Notes under the pieces: generated by a model
Seen by the model: the letters and a program-made list of their open reading frames with translations, nothing else
Told to the model about the DNA's origin: nothing
Database searches by the model: none
Source: Camelus ferus
Taxonomy: Eukaryota
Assembly: GCF_009834535.1 (NCBI RefSeq)
Contig: NC_045696.1
Span: 100,132,001 to 100,196,000, forward strand
Direction of reading: 5' to 3'
DNA: 64,000 nt
Part shown: positions 48,340-61,860 of the stretch, piece after piece
How the letters are laid out: every line of letters starts with the position of its first letter
Position numbering within the stretch: position 1 is the first letter of the stretch
Program-made: the position numbers and the translations under genes

Positions 48340-50470
48340 ATTTTTTTTAATTATTGAGATATAATTGCCATATAACATTATATTGGTTTCGGGTGGACAC
48401 ATAATAATTTGTTATTTGTATACATTGCAAAATGACCACCACAGTAAGTCTATAGGCATACCTTGGAGGTATGGCAGGTTCCAGACCACTACAATAAACC
48501 AAATACTGCAATAAAGTGGGTCACACAAATTTTTTAGTTTCCCAGTGCACATAAACGTTATGTTTATGCTTACTGTAGTCTATTAAGTGTGAAATAGCAT
48601 TATGTCTAAAAAAAACAAAGGACAGACTTCAATTTTAAAGGTTTTCTGCTAAAAAGTGCAAACCATCATTTAAGCTTTTAACAAGTTGTAGTAACATCAA
48701 AGATCACTGATCACAGATCATAATAAAAAGTGTAATAGTGATGAAAAAGTTTTAAATATTGCAAGAATTACCAAAATGGAACACAGAGACATGAAGTGAG
48801 CAAATGCTGTTGGAAAAAAAACAGTGCTGATAGATTCACTCTACACAAGGTTGCCATAAAACTTCAATTTGTAAAAAATGCAGTGTCTGCAAAGCGTAAT
48901 AAAGTGAAGTGAAATGAAAGGAGGGAGGCCTGTAGTTACCATCTGTCACCACACAAAATTAACTTTCAGGATTTACTCCCTTGGCAACTTTGAAGTATGC
49001 TCTACAACGTTACTGACTATAGGCACCGTGCGGCGCACCAAATCCCCATGACTTACTTATTTTATGACTGGAAGTCTGTACCCCTTGACCCCTTTCACCC
49101 ATCTTGCCCACCCCAAACACAATGTTCCAAGTGTAGGGATCTCACTTAATACCTAGTTTCAGGCTGAGGGGAAGCCAGACCCTCATGTGGCAGCACTGTG
49201 AATGTACAGTCTCGCGAGGCTGCAGTCGTAAACCCTGCTGGCCTCCAGACCAGGAGATCTGGAAGCGATCTCTGGGCAACAGTTGCAAAAATCAGTGCTC
49301 CAGACAAGAGTATAGGCGCTTTTCATGAGGTATCGTCAAGCTATAGCACGCGCCCTAGGAACAAAGTTGGTGTCGCACTGCTTGTGCTCCCGGAGAGCAC
49401 ACCCATAGCTCCTAGATGTGTGGCAGACTTGAAGCCTGCCCCTCAGGCTGAAGCTCCAGCGTGAGTAAATAGGCCTTTTTCACAGAAGACTGGGATGTGT
49501 TTCAGTCGGCCGTCTGTGAGGTGCCCCGGGGGTGGCAGCCTGCCAAGAACTGTTTTTCCGATTCTTACAGTCCCATGGAGCCCGGGAATGCAGGCCCCCT
49601 TGGCCACAAGGGCCAGATGATGAAGAAGCATTCTCTGGCTGGGTTGAGTGCACCTGCTGGGCTTTAGCAAGGCAGGGGAGATTCCTGGACTTTGCGTGCC
49701 AGCCGGCTTCAGTGATGCAGCAGGAGAGGGCCTTTTGTGTGCCTGCCTGCCGGATTTAGCAAGAGAGTGGAAGCATGATGTGACAAATTGTGCTCACTGG
49801 CCTGAGCCAGGGATCAGGGGAGTGCTCCGCCTTGCCCCTGCCGTCCTGAGCAAGGCTAGTGAGGGCCTTCTGCATGTCACACCTGCATAGGCCCACCTGT
49901 ACTCTCGGGAGAGAGAAGGCAAAAATGGTGTCAGCCATCACCTTTGTGTCTGGAGAGAGTCCCAGCTGCGCCTCCCCTCCAGATGATGCTTAAAGGTTAG
50001 CAAGTGAGTCTCTTTCACTCCTCCTGGCACTATTCAAAATGCTGCTTTTGCTCTGGGTCCTGGGGCCAGTGAGACCACATGCAAGCCCTTTAAAAGGAGA
50101 ATCTCAGTTCCCTATGGCCCTTTGGGTTCCTTGGACAGAAGCCCCATTAGTTTTCTCAGCCAGACCTTTGGGGTCTTATATCTCGGGTGTGGGTCCCATG
50201 TTTTGGGGTCCTTGATGTGGGGACAAAGCCCTCTCTCCCACAGGAGAAGCTCCAAACTTGTGAGACCTCCGGATTGTGGGTTTCCACACCAGGGTGGGGT
50301 TTTTGATGACAGCGAAGATCTCTGCTCCTACCAGTCTTGATGTGTTCCTTTTCTCTTTTGTGGAGGAACAGTTCAGCTAGTTTCCAGGTTCTTTCCAGAC
50401 GGACTGTTTCCATATGTAGCTGTAGATCTGGTGTGTCTGTGGGAGGAGATGAGTTCAGGATCTTTCTACA
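48340..50470 (-). mobile_element. L1 3' end (48340-49115) abutting L1 5'-UTR-like sequence (49120-50470)
   Basis: The 3' part is similar to 2030-2270. The far end reads GTAGATCTGGTGTGTCTGTGGGAGGAGATGAGTTCAGGATCTTTCTAC, which I recognise as an antisense L1M 5' terminus. Confidence 0.6.
48453..48932 (-). mobile_element. Internally deleted Tigger1 derivative inserted in L1
   Basis: Both termini are present with TA on each side (48451-48452, 48933-48934). Removing it restores TAAGTC-TA-GTTACCATCTGTCACC, as in the L1 copy at about 2126-2148. Confidence 0.85.
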
Positions 50471-53400
50471 CTCAGCAAATACTTGTGGAATGAGTGAATA
50501 AAAGTCCTAATAGGTGTATGACACTGTGCTAGGTTTTCAAAGAGACAGAAATAAAAGGTCGTTCTCTGTCAGCAAGCATAAAGCAAGTAAATACATAACT
50601 GCTGACAAAGCTGAAGAATTATTGCAGAAAATCGAAATCATTTTTGTTTGAAAATGTATATCATTCGATTCTCACAATGATGTAAATGTCAAAACCGTTT
50701 TTCAGAGGAAGAAACAAGCTGCATCAAGAGGTAATAGAAGACGGTGGAGTGCTAGGCAGTTATCTCCTCATGTTATAACTGTAATGAAGGAAAGCTGAAG
50801 AGGTGGATGAAAGGTGAGAAACATGAAAGCTCCTAGGAGAAAGGGGGAGGAACACGTGGAGTTTAGCTAATGCACAAGCTTGTAGAGCTGCTTAGTCTCA
50901 AGGTTCCACCTGGAAATCTAGTCAGGCAGCCTACCGTCCTAACCGCGTTTTCCCGGTTTCTAGAGTGTGTGTGTGGTAAGTGTTCCCTGGTGTGTGTTGG
51001 GGGGGGGGGTGCTAAGGCTGGAGTGAGGGTGGGGCCTCTGCACATAATATCTGAACAAAAAGTAAACAGCAAATTCTAAAAACATATTGTGTACTTGGCT
51101 GGCTTCGTGGTTGCCTATTTGATTTTCCTGCCGTTAGTTCTTCTGCTTCTCAACAAAGGAGCCAGTCATGTGAAATCACATAATTTTGAGATGTGGAGTT
51201 GCTAGGTTTACTTAAGATGTAATTTCAGTCCAAATGACTATGCATCTGGGCACCCACGGAGGAAAACCAACCTAATTATGAGATAAGCAGTGTCATGTGA
51301 CCAACTACCTTTAATAACAGTAATGGTGGTGGTGATACCAGCTAACTGTTTTTGGTGCTTTCTGTAAGCCAAGAAGGGTTCTGCTGCTGAGGACTTTCCA
51401 TATATATTAACTCATCTAATTCCCTTAACCTTAGGAAACAGATCACTGTAATAGTTCCCATTTTACAGATGAAGAAATGGAGATTTATGAAGCTTGCACA
51501 AGTTTACCCAGCTAGTTAAATGTCCATAAAGCCATGATTTGAAGCTAGCTGCAGAAGCTACACCCTCAGTCACTATGCCCTGTGCTCCCTTCATCTCTAT
51601 GTGATACGTGATTTCTTTGTGTGATACACAGAAATACAGGGAAACAGAGAGAGAGAGGAATGGTGGCATGTTACCTCGTGTGTCCTCAAGTTTAGGACTA
51701 TGACTGGAGAACCCATGAGGCTCCGAGGAGGTCTTGTCTGAGGGTTTTGCTCTCTGAGAGGTTTGTTTTCCTTTCTGCTGATACCCCGGCATTTGTAACC
51801 ACTGAAGACCGCTCTTTATGTTATTCTGTCAGTTTGGTGTTTCCCGTGTCATCTGTGTATTTTAAATATCAACCTCTCCACAATGAACACAGATCTTGAT
51901 TATGAATTCTCAGCAAACAGTTTTTTCTCTACCTCAAGTACAGCCCGGAACAGTCAAGGTGAGTGAAGTTTCTTCCAACTTATTCTTTACAGCTGAGTGT
52001 GTCTCTTGGAGGGTTCCTATCTTATTGGGAGTGTCTGTTTCAATACCACACCTTGCTTAAGCCCTGGGGGCCTCATCTCCTGCCCCATCTTGGTAGGTGG
52101 ACCCTTAGTCCCTTGCTAATGAAGCCTGGTGACTCCTTCCCTCTGGGATGCCAAAGAGAGAGTCAGCCTGTGCTTCACAGTCAGATATTTCAGATTGTTC
52201 CCAACTTTAATCTCTACAAAATTCTCTTACTCTCCTAATGCCTACACTTTACATTTCAGTGGCTTTTGGTTTTGCTTTAGCCCAACTTTCTAGGTGTTAG
52301 CAAGAGGGTTTTAAGATGATCTAACTTGCGATCCTGCCAAGAATGGCAGTGATCCAGGTTTTTTGAAACAGCACATAATTTTTTTATGAAATATTAAGGG
52401 GATAACTTTAACACAAATATAACAATTATAAAGCATTTTTGAACTTGAAAAATATTACTAGTTGTTAGATCTAATTCACAACTAAATAGTTCCTGTTGGA
52501 GATGACATATATTGTCTTTCTATCATCACATTATTGCAGATTCTCTTAAAATATGTTTAATGTTTCTAATATTGTTGTTAAGTAAAAAGACATTCATTTA
52601 AAATGGCACCAGGCTGTAATCCAGGCTCAGATAAGTTTATTTCAGGAAATTACAGGAACATTCTTTTCCTTTAACAGTTTAAAAAAAAAAGTTTGTTCAA
52701 ACTGTTTTAGCTAATAGCCACTAAACATAATTTGATTTTTTTTTCATTATAACAGATAAAAACAGAGCTAGAAATTAGATAGTTTTCAAAATTCTTGATT
52801 TTGCAGCAATAGGCACACAGAGGGTGCCAGAGAGAAGCAATTAGAGTGACTAAATATTTATCTGGTTTTGCAGCATCTCCTCTGCCTTGTCAGTCTGCTA
52901 TAGGGGGCAGCACCAGCTCATAGATTTCCTTAAGTAAACTGTTTCAGCCAAGAATATATTGGTGCTAATCTATAACTTTCAATGAATAGAATAAAAAGAT
53001 TTTAGAGTTAGAGGGGCATTAAGGACGATCTGCTCTACATTCTAATATACAAACAAAGAGACTGAGAGAGGACCAGGTCATATGTCCAGTTATGCCAGGA
53101 GTTAGTAGTGGTAGAACCAGAAGTAAAAGTACAGATCATAGTCCTTTGCTCCAGCTTCCTTCCACTGTACCAAAAATGTAGCAGCGATTTAAAACATTTT
53201 TTTAATGCAACATCTTTCATATCACTGGAATTTTAAGCAATGAAAAAATTAAAACCCATTTTTAAATTGTTCTAATATTCTAAATCATTCTTAAGCCCAT
53301 GCTTATAGAGCCTACCTCAATACACCAGCCTAATTTCACAGAGGTCTAACTACAAAGGGGAAAGTCAATTACAATGTTGCAACAACAAAAACACTTAAAA

Positions 53401-54910
53401 TGGCTATGCCATGGGTAACATAAAGGTTTACTTTGTATATCCATGCATCCACTGAGGCAATATCTTCTGTAGTCATCACTCACATCTGAGTTCAATTTCT
53501 TTATTAAAAAATGTATATGTATATTTAGGTTTATTTCTGTAGAAGTCTATTATTCGTTGTTTCATAGAGTTTCTTGCTTTAAAGAAATATAATTATTGGC
53601 TCAAAATGGAGTATCAGCTGTGCAAAGACAATCGCATCATTACCGTGAGAAGAGAAAGGGAAACTCAGACAAATGGGCTGTTGAACACAACTATTACTTA
53701 GATGTGCCCTAGTCTGCCTGCTGGCCCGACATGACGTGGAAGAGCTGACGTGGCTGGGGATGTGGGAACACTTTATTCAGGGATTTGGTGGATGGAGTGA
53801 CAGTGATGATGATTATTCCTGGCAATGCTCAGTGTCTATTTTATCCCCTTGAGTTGCTTTGCTCTCACGATTTTTTCTACTAGTTTGGCCATTTCTATTT
53901 TTCTCTGTGTTTCCTGTGTTTGTCTTTCTCTCCCCATTCCATATGGCTGTGTGTATTTATTCTGTTTACAACATGTTCATGACACTTGTTTGAAATATGG
54001 CCACAGGACTTGCCTGTACACGGAAATCTGGGAGTACTTATGCCATTTTTTTTTTAACCGATAACTTTGTAATTTTCAAAGGGAAACTCTATTTCTCTTG
54101 CTGGTAATTTGAGAGATTTACCGTGTGAATGAAATCAGCTGCATGTGGGATTGCAAAGAGATGGGAGCACAAATTATTTTTATCCTCACAGGCTGTTTCA
54201 AGGATAGACAGTGTTTTCTGGCAACAGAAAGTTTACAGAGTGCTGTAGAATCAGTTATCCTCCCTGTCTCAGGCAGAGCTGGAAAACCCAAGGGTCCCTG
54301 GTGGACACTTGTCCCTATAAAGCTTAGCCCAGGGAAGAGCTGGGCATGTGTGCTTCCTGCAGACAGGCTGCCTCCCTGAAGGGAGACAAAAAGAAGGAAC
54401 TCCTCATGTCCAGTTCCTTCTTTCAAACTCACCAGCAGGATACCATCTCTGCTCCCTGAGGCTAGTAAATGAGGGGATGGAGGATGGCCAGGTGTGCTCT
54501 CTAGAGCCACTGCCGTCACATGGAACTTCAGGACTGGAGAATGATCATGGTCGAGCTGGTTCTGTCCCCTCAAGTCTCTTCTCACTTTCTTCTCTTATGT
54601 TTTAGCTTCTGATTTCACTGATTCACAGTGAAGCTTGGAATACGTACAATATTTCCTGGACATGGTGATGTGGCAAAGTTCTGGTCCTTTAAATGTGAAG
54701 TCTGGCAACTTCTTTAAAAGATAACTGACACATGTCATTTGCCTCTCCTTGATTCCTTCTCCCCATGTGCTCGGCATATGAACACAGATCAAGGTTTTGA
54801 TAGTGGATACCTCGAGGAAGTAGAATTGGGAAAGTTCATCTTTATTTTAGATGCTCTTTTATTGCTTGGATTTATTATAATGAATATTAATTTCATAATT
54901 TAAAAATTAG

Positions 54911-55442
54911 CATAACAGCACTGTTTACAATAGTCCATACAAGGAAGAAACCTGAATGTACATCAACAGATGACTGGAATATTACTCAGCCATAAAAAGA
55001 ATAAAATAATGCAATTTGCATGCAGTTTGCTGTAACATGGATGACCTGGAGACTGTCTTACTAAGTGAAGTAAGCTAGAGAGAGAGAAAAATACCACTTG
55101 CTATCCCTTATATGTGAAATCCAAAATAATGACACAAATGAATTTATTTACAAAACAGAAACAGACTCACAGACATAGAAAACAAACATGATTACCGGGG
55201 AAAAGAGGGTGGGGCAGGACAAATTGGGAGTTCAGGATTTGCAGATACTAACTGCTGTATATAAAATGGATAAGCAACAAGATCCTACTGTATAGCACAG
55301 GGAACTTATATTCAATACTTTGTAATAGCCTATAATAAAAAAAAATAGGAAAAGAAATATATATATGTATATAAAACTAAATCACTATGCTGCACACCAG
55401 AAATTAACACATTATAAATTGACTACACTTTGATTAAAAAAG
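54911..55442 (+). mobile_element. L1 3' fragment (artiodactyl/camelid type)
   Basis: ORF2 end, then 3' UTR with TACTGTATAGCACAGGGAAC and an A tail. Confidence 0.88.
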
Positions 55443-55930
55443 GTGAAGATAAACTTCTAGAATTTTCCTATAGCTGGCTCTCCATAGGATGCCATATTTT
55501 AGGCTATAATTCAGGGCTTCCTAATCCTGGAGGAACATTGAAATTTACTGGAGCTTTTCCTTAATTGCAGTGTAAGGGGCCTGCCTCCCAGACACCGATT
55601 TAATTGCTCTGGGGTAGGATCTGGGCATGGCTGCTTTAAAAAAGTAGTCCTAGTCCCTTAGGTCTCTGTTTTGCTATACAAAACAGAGAACCACTGGGCA
55701 TCAGTCACCAGCTCCTTGCTGTTCCAGTGTCACCCGGAATGCTTTGAAAAATCCCACACCCTGACTGAATCGCAGAGAAACAGCACCAGAATCTGCAGTT
55801 CCTTGAGCAATTCTGCCAAGCTTGGAAACAGCTGTTACTGCCTGAGAGCCTCTGGGAAACTTCTCTTCAATTTGCATGGAAGCTGACAAAGTAAACTTTC
55901 TTGCTTGTATCCAGGCCTTAGTGAAATGAA

Positions 55931-56116
55931 TAGTGTTGCTAGATAAAATACAGGATGCTCAATAAAATGTGAATTGCAAATACCAATTTTTAGTAAAAGA
56001 TTATCCCATGCAATATTTGAGACTTGAACACACACACACAAATTATTCAGTGGTTCTGTGAAAGTCACATTTAACTGGGCTTTCTGTATTTTCACTTGCG
56101 AAATCTGGCAATCCTA
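55931..56116. mobile_element. MER53-like palindromic hAT MITE
   Basis: Ends TAGTGTTGCTAGAT and ATCTGGCAATCCTA, with internal inverted arms AAAATACAG and CTGTATTTT. Confidence 0.75.
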
Positions 56117-56499
56117 CAAACAAAACAAACACCACTCCAAAAATCACAGAAGAGTAACGTTGATCTTCTCTGTACGTAAAGGAGCTTTAAGGAGACTGAA
56201 TCCTTGAGGAGGAAGCAAAGAGAGATCATATTGCTAATGCCCAGTAAAACAACCCCAAAATCCTTTTTATTCACCCCGCTTCCCCAATAGTCCTAGGTTT
56301 TGTAACAACTGGCTTGATTCCCCACTCAACTCAATAAATAAACAAATCACTCTGAAACTCTCCTCCTTATCACCCCCACCCTCAATCCTTCCTCCTCTTA
56401 ACTGACTAAATCAATCTACTTTCAGATTTTTTTCGCTAAATTTTTTCTGAACCACCCAGAAAAGATCCTAAACCAAGAAAACATCTGATGAGTTGGCCA

Positions 56500-56500
<1 letters not shown>

Positions 56501-56547
<47 letters not shown>
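56501..56547. repeat. (TG)23 microsatellite
   Basis: Read directly. Perfect repeat. Confidence 0.97.
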
Positions 56548-56550
<3 letters not shown>

Positions 56551-57759
56551 ACTATTAGAAACCTCTCTTCAGGTAGCATCCTGCTTTTATTCATGCAGAA
56601 ATGTAAGCTTCAGGGTATAGCCTGTCAGTGTTAAACTAGGAATTTAGGTAAATTTATCCCCTAACTGCAGCTTTCAGTGTCACTTTCAAATGTAAACCAC
56701 AGAGTCACCTTAAGTAAATGGTCTGTTGAGGGAAAAGAAAGGCTATTGTCTTTGCCAACTTGTAAATGTCATCGTCTAGCTTCTCCATTAACCACACAAA
56801 TCCCTACTCTAAGTCACAAATATTCGGTAAAAGAACAAGAGTGTTTAAATTGTACACGGTGCCTAATACTCCATGGGGGGTGGGGGAGTATGTGCCAGGT
56901 AAGTTTCGGATGCTTTCTGCGGAGATATGTGATGTACCAGAAAGAATGTTCTAGACTCAGTGGGGCCCAGGCTTTGTTCTGAGCCCAGCAGCCATCTTTG
57001 CTAAGAGACCCTAGGCTAGAAATGAAGCTCTTGGCCCCTCCACTTCTGCATCTGTAAAATTAAAACCAACAATGTTTGACTCGTTTTGATAACAGTGTCA
57101 TTGTGAGAATTCCAGTGAGATAATTTATGTGCATAAGATTGGACTAGTTCAAACATCAGCATTTTTACTAGGTACATGAAAAGAAGAAAAAGCAGGACCA
57201 GGGTTTGTTTTGCTGTTAGGTTGTTTATGAGGAAACTTAGCCAGCCTCTTGTATAGTCTTTGATGAGATACCAAAGCAAACCGGTCCAGAAATACCCTCA
57301 AGGGATGAAAGAAATGCCAATTAGCAGGCCAAATGTAAGTGCCGATCTTTTTTTTTTAAGAGAAAAGAGAAGATGGAATGTGCCAAGCCACAAGATGAGT
57401 TTCCTGAGAGTCTCCTGGCATCCTAGCTGGGGATCGTGGATTTGTTAAATGATCATGTTCCCTTCCCTTGGTCAGATGGAAGCATTAAGTCATCTAAACC
57501 AAGGGTGAGTCACAAACTTACGGGAAGATCCCCAAAGTCTGAGTGGTAAAGTAAGTGAAATGGAAAAAATGTGTATGGATGCCATGTTTCTATATGTCTA
57601 GATAGATTAGCTAGTTTAAATTTCCCTTATGAACCAGGAACATTTCTGTTTTTACAGTTCAAGGAAACTGCACTACATCTGGCTTCTCTGTGTTTGAATA
57701 TGTGATCATCGGGACAAGCTCTAGACTCCAGTATACTATTACAGTTTTCATGAAGAATC

Positions 57760-57783
57760 AAAAAAAAAAAAAAAAAAAAAAAA
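57760..57783. repeat. A24 homopolymer
   Basis: Read directly. Confidence 0.95.
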
Positions 57784-57981
57784 CCCAGCATATTTCAACC
57801 CTCCCCAAAAGCAAAGCAAAGTAATGTAAGTAACCACATTACCTACCTACATATAATTTATATGTTTGATTCTTCACACTAAATTCTTTATAAACTTTTC
57901 TGCCTTCATTATATATTACATATTTGTATGTCTCATTAACAATGGCATATACTTCCACTGTATACACACAATGTATGTAAC

Positions 57982-58380
57982 TGTGAAGGAAAAGCTGGGC
58001 TGGTCTAACAAAATAACTCACAGGTCTAAGTATTGGAATACTGATCTGAGTTCTGCTGGACTAACTTGCAAATCTAAGTTAATTAGTGTTGGTTTGCTGT
58101 TTATGTTTTTTTGCTAGCCAGCTGGATTTTCGAAGATACATGTTGGTTTGCTGCCTCCCCACCTCCACTTTTGTGATGATAATGCTGCTAAAGCTGTTCC
58201 ATGCCTATTGGCCGAATCCCCCAAGCTTATACTTTACCCTATAAAACCTCATGCGCACGTCTTGGAGGTGCTCAGAGCTTCGGAACCAAAGCCCCTCTGA
58301 GTCCGCCGGCGTAATACATCTGAGTACTCCAACCCTCCAAGTGGTGCTTGTTTCTTGACTGGCCTGTCATTTCCGTAACA
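57982..58380 (+). mobile_element. Solo ERV1-type LTR, 399 bp
   Basis: TG...CA termini, 4-bp TSD TAAC (57978-57981, 58381-58384), ATTGG near 58207, TATAAAA at 58240 and AATACA near 58313. Confidence 0.85.
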
Positions 58381-58493
58381 TAACAATAAACATACTTCCC
58401 TTGTTAATGAGATCATTACTCAGGGCGAGGCTGGTGTGGGAAGCCTCTGTTGCTAACACAGTTTTGAAAATCATCTTTTAAAAATGACTTCCC

Positions 58494-58597
58494 TGGGGGA
58501 GGTATAGCTCAGTGGTAGAGCACATGCTTAGCATGTACAAGGTCCTGGGTTCGATCCTCAGTAGCTCCATTAAATTTTTTTTAGATAAATAAATACC
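58494..58597 (+). mobile_element. tRNA-derived SINE (Vic-1-like)
   Basis: A and B boxes, and 15-bp TSD TAAAAATGACTTCCC (58479-58493, 58598-58612). Confidence 0.92.
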
Positions 58598-59439
58598 TAA
58601 AAATGACTTCCCAAACTGTAAAACTCAGTTTGTACCATAAACTCAATGACTCTGTTGAATCACTCATTACAGTCACTCATTTATCTCAAATCTACTCTCA
58701 AAGATTATCCAAGTTGAGTTACTCCCCTCTGAAAACCCCGCAGCAGTTTTCCACCTTACCCTGATGTCCTAAAGCAAACTGCGTTTCCTCTCTGGGTCCT
58801 GGATTATTCCTCCCAGATCTTAAATTCCCTTCCTCCTCCTTTTCACAGTTTTCCTCAGAAAGGCATTCCCTAAGCCTACTGTCTAAAATATTTCCAGTCT
58901 GCCCAATCAGTCACTCCTTGCCAGGACCTAATACCATCAGAAATATTTCTTTGTTGATAGTAATTTCTGAGAAGGCAGGGCTTTTGTGTGTCATGTTTAC
59001 CACTATATCCCCACTGCCTACAACAGTGACTAACAAGAAGTAGAGACTAAATAAATGTTAAATAAATGCCATTGAATGTAGGTAAAATAATCTGATAGCC
59101 TCTGTAAAGATAATTTCAAAAACTGAATTTAAAAGAGTTACATCTGGATGGTTGGATTATGAGTGATTTTATTTCTACTTTATTTTCCTATTTTCCTTGC
59201 CAAGCTTTCTCATTCAATCTCCTTACATTCAGCTCTGCTTAAAAAACTTTGATCCTTCTCAGGCCCAAATTAGCCAAGTTCCAAACTGTCCAAGTCTACC
59301 TCTCACTCACTGGGCTCTGACGCTTTTTGTTGCTTCTCATGTTCATTCTTCATCCCTGGGTCCAGGCTCACAGGTTTAGACTGTTGTTTCCCTTAAGCTC
59401 CAGGAAATAATTTCCACTGTCTGGAACTCAGGCAGTTTT

Positions 59440-59965
59440 AAAACGTTGTCACAAAATTCTTTGACGCTACTCCTATTGAGTGGTGGGGTCTATGTCCTCT
59501 CCCCTTGAATACAGGCAGGCTTGTGATGGACAATTTCAACCCATCAAGTATGGTGGGAGCGATGCCACGTGACTTATGAAGCTGGATCATGAAAGGCAGC
59601 GCTGTTTCTAACTTGTTTTCTGAAATACTCACACTTGGAGCCCTAGGCTCCTGTATAAAGCTTGACTACCTTGAGGCTGCCATGTTGGAGTTAGCCTCAG
59701 CCCCCTGGAAGCACCATGTGTGGGTGCTGAGCCCAACAGTGAGAATGAATGAGACGCCAGCTGATTCTAGCTCTGTTAGGCTTCCCCACTGCCTTCAAAT
59801 CTTCCCAGCTGGAGTCCAGATATGGAGAAGCAGAATCAAGCTGTTCATACTGTGCCTTGTTTGAATTCCTGACAAAAGATTCTTTGAGCTTAATAAAATG
59901 GTTGCTTGAAAGTGCACTGCCAAATTTGGGGGTAATTTGTTACACAGCAATAATAACCAAAATAG
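59440..59965 (+). mobile_element. MaLR LTR (MLT1F/G-like)
   Basis: Characteristic CACAAAATTCTTTGAC...CCCCTTGAAT start and TTTGGGGGTAATTTGTTACACAGCAA end. Confidence 0.75.
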
Positions 59966-60789
59966 GAAACTTGAGCCTAATCTGAGTCAGACTTCTGACA
60001 AAGAGCTGAAGTCAGCTATTTTTTAAAAATTTTAATCTTAATTTTAATTAATAATTAATTAATTAATTTTTACTGCACAGGAGCCAAATGCAACTGTCCT
60101 CCTCAGGTTGACATAATGTTTTTCCCAAGTGTTTCATCAACTCAAGGAGCCTGAAGGAGAGAGAAACTCTGCTTCCTATTACAGAGATGCCCAAGGAGGC
60201 CCTAGGAATATAGACTCCTCTTAATATGTTCTATCCTTTCCTTAATAAGGAACTATCCTTTAAAAGTCATTCCCTTCCTCTGTGAAACTTTGGATCCTTG
60301 GAATTTGAGGGCTCATTTTCTTTGCCTCCCAAATTCTAGACATCTTCTCACTTCCTAAAAAACATGTATTAGTCTGTCTCCTGGGCCTCCAAAGGAGATT
60401 TGGCTGAAGATTTTAGTTTCTGAAAATTTTCTTCAGGCTTGACCTAAGGTCACATATATCCTGAACGTTAGAGGTCAGAAGAGGAGACAAGGTGAAAAAA
60501 AGCAAAGAACATGAGTATAAATTGAAAGTACAGGAGAAATTTAGGAACCAAAAGAAATACAAAAAGAATTGTCATTCCTGATTATTTGCCACGTGCCAGT
60601 ATGTTATGTGTGCTATTTCATTTCAACATAGCAGCAGTCTTAGTGATGCAGGTATTTTTATTAACCCCATAATAAATGGATACTTGGATTTTCCTCGGGG
60701 TGGCAGAGTTGATAGTCACATTCAGGAGTCTGACACCAGATCCTGCCCTATTTGACACTAGACCCTACTGCCTAGAAATAGCCAAAACT

Positions 60790-61860
60790 ATTTGCATAAT
60801 AATATTAAAGTTTATTTGACTTTTTTCACTCTTATTATCTAATAAGCGTGTGGTGGAGTTTTCCACTGCATATTTGGAACAGATGCATAACTCAAAGGGC
60901 CAATATATTTCAAATTTCCAATGCACAATATTACATCATATGTAGGTAAAAGATCCATTCAAAGTGCAAAATGGACCTAAGGATTGTCATGTAACAGAGT
61001 ACCAAACGTTCATTGACATGGCTTCAGATTTCATTTCACAACTGATCTTCCAGAAACTACCACCTTTCAAATTCTGGTGTGGCATCAAGGAAGAATATCC
61101 ACTGAAAAGTCTGTTACAATAATCCTGTCTTTTTTGACTACATATCTGAATGAGACTGGATATATTTCATATACATCAACCAAAAAGCAAAACCAAAACA
61201 GATTAAATTTAGAAGATATAAGAATGCAAAGCTGTTTTCTATTAAGCCCCATATTAAAGAAATTTACCACTCTTCTCTTTAAGCTTTTTGTTATGGAAAA
61301 TAAAGTTATTTTTTCATAAAATATGTTATTTATGTTACATGTAGTGGAATAAATAAATATTAAAAAGTCTGTTCTAATTTTGGTAAATATCAATGAATAT
61401 AACTATATATTCAAAAGATCTTTGGAAGCTGTCTTTGGCAATTTGGGCTATTTTAACAGAATATCTTGGACTGGGTGGCTTAAATAGCAAATGTTTATTT
61501 ATCTTAGTTTTGAAGACTGAGAAGTTCAAGATCAAGGTGTCAAGAGAGTCCCTGTTTGGTAAGCACCCTCTGCCTGGTCTGCAGGTGGCTGCCTGTTTGC
61601 TGCATCTGCACAGGGCAGAAGATAGAAGTCTTCATTTAAGGGCACTAATCCCATCACGGAGGTTCCACCCTCATGACTTCATCTGAACCTGATTACCTAC
61701 CAAAGGCTCCACCTCCAAGAGCTGTCACAGTGGGGATTAAGGCACTGGCATAAGGACAAATGAATTTCGGGGGGACAAACATTCAGTCCTTCAGGACTTT
61801 AAACAATTTCTAAGGGTGTAAGGTGTTCCTCAAACCAAAAAGTTTGATAATCTTTGGTCC
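60790..61860 (+). mobile_element. hAT Charlie1-like remnant split by a MaLR LTR
   Basis: The decayed LSFLTTYLNETGY peptide (61077-61319) resembles the hAT dimerisation motif. A terminal-like segment lies at 61805-61860. Confidence 0.7.
61430..61790 (-). mobile_element. MaLR (MLT1A-like) solo LTR
   Basis: GACTGGGTGGCTTAAA...AAGTTCAAGATCAAGGTG...GGGGACAAACATTCAGTC, related to the reverse complement of 45314-45679. Confidence 0.8.
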
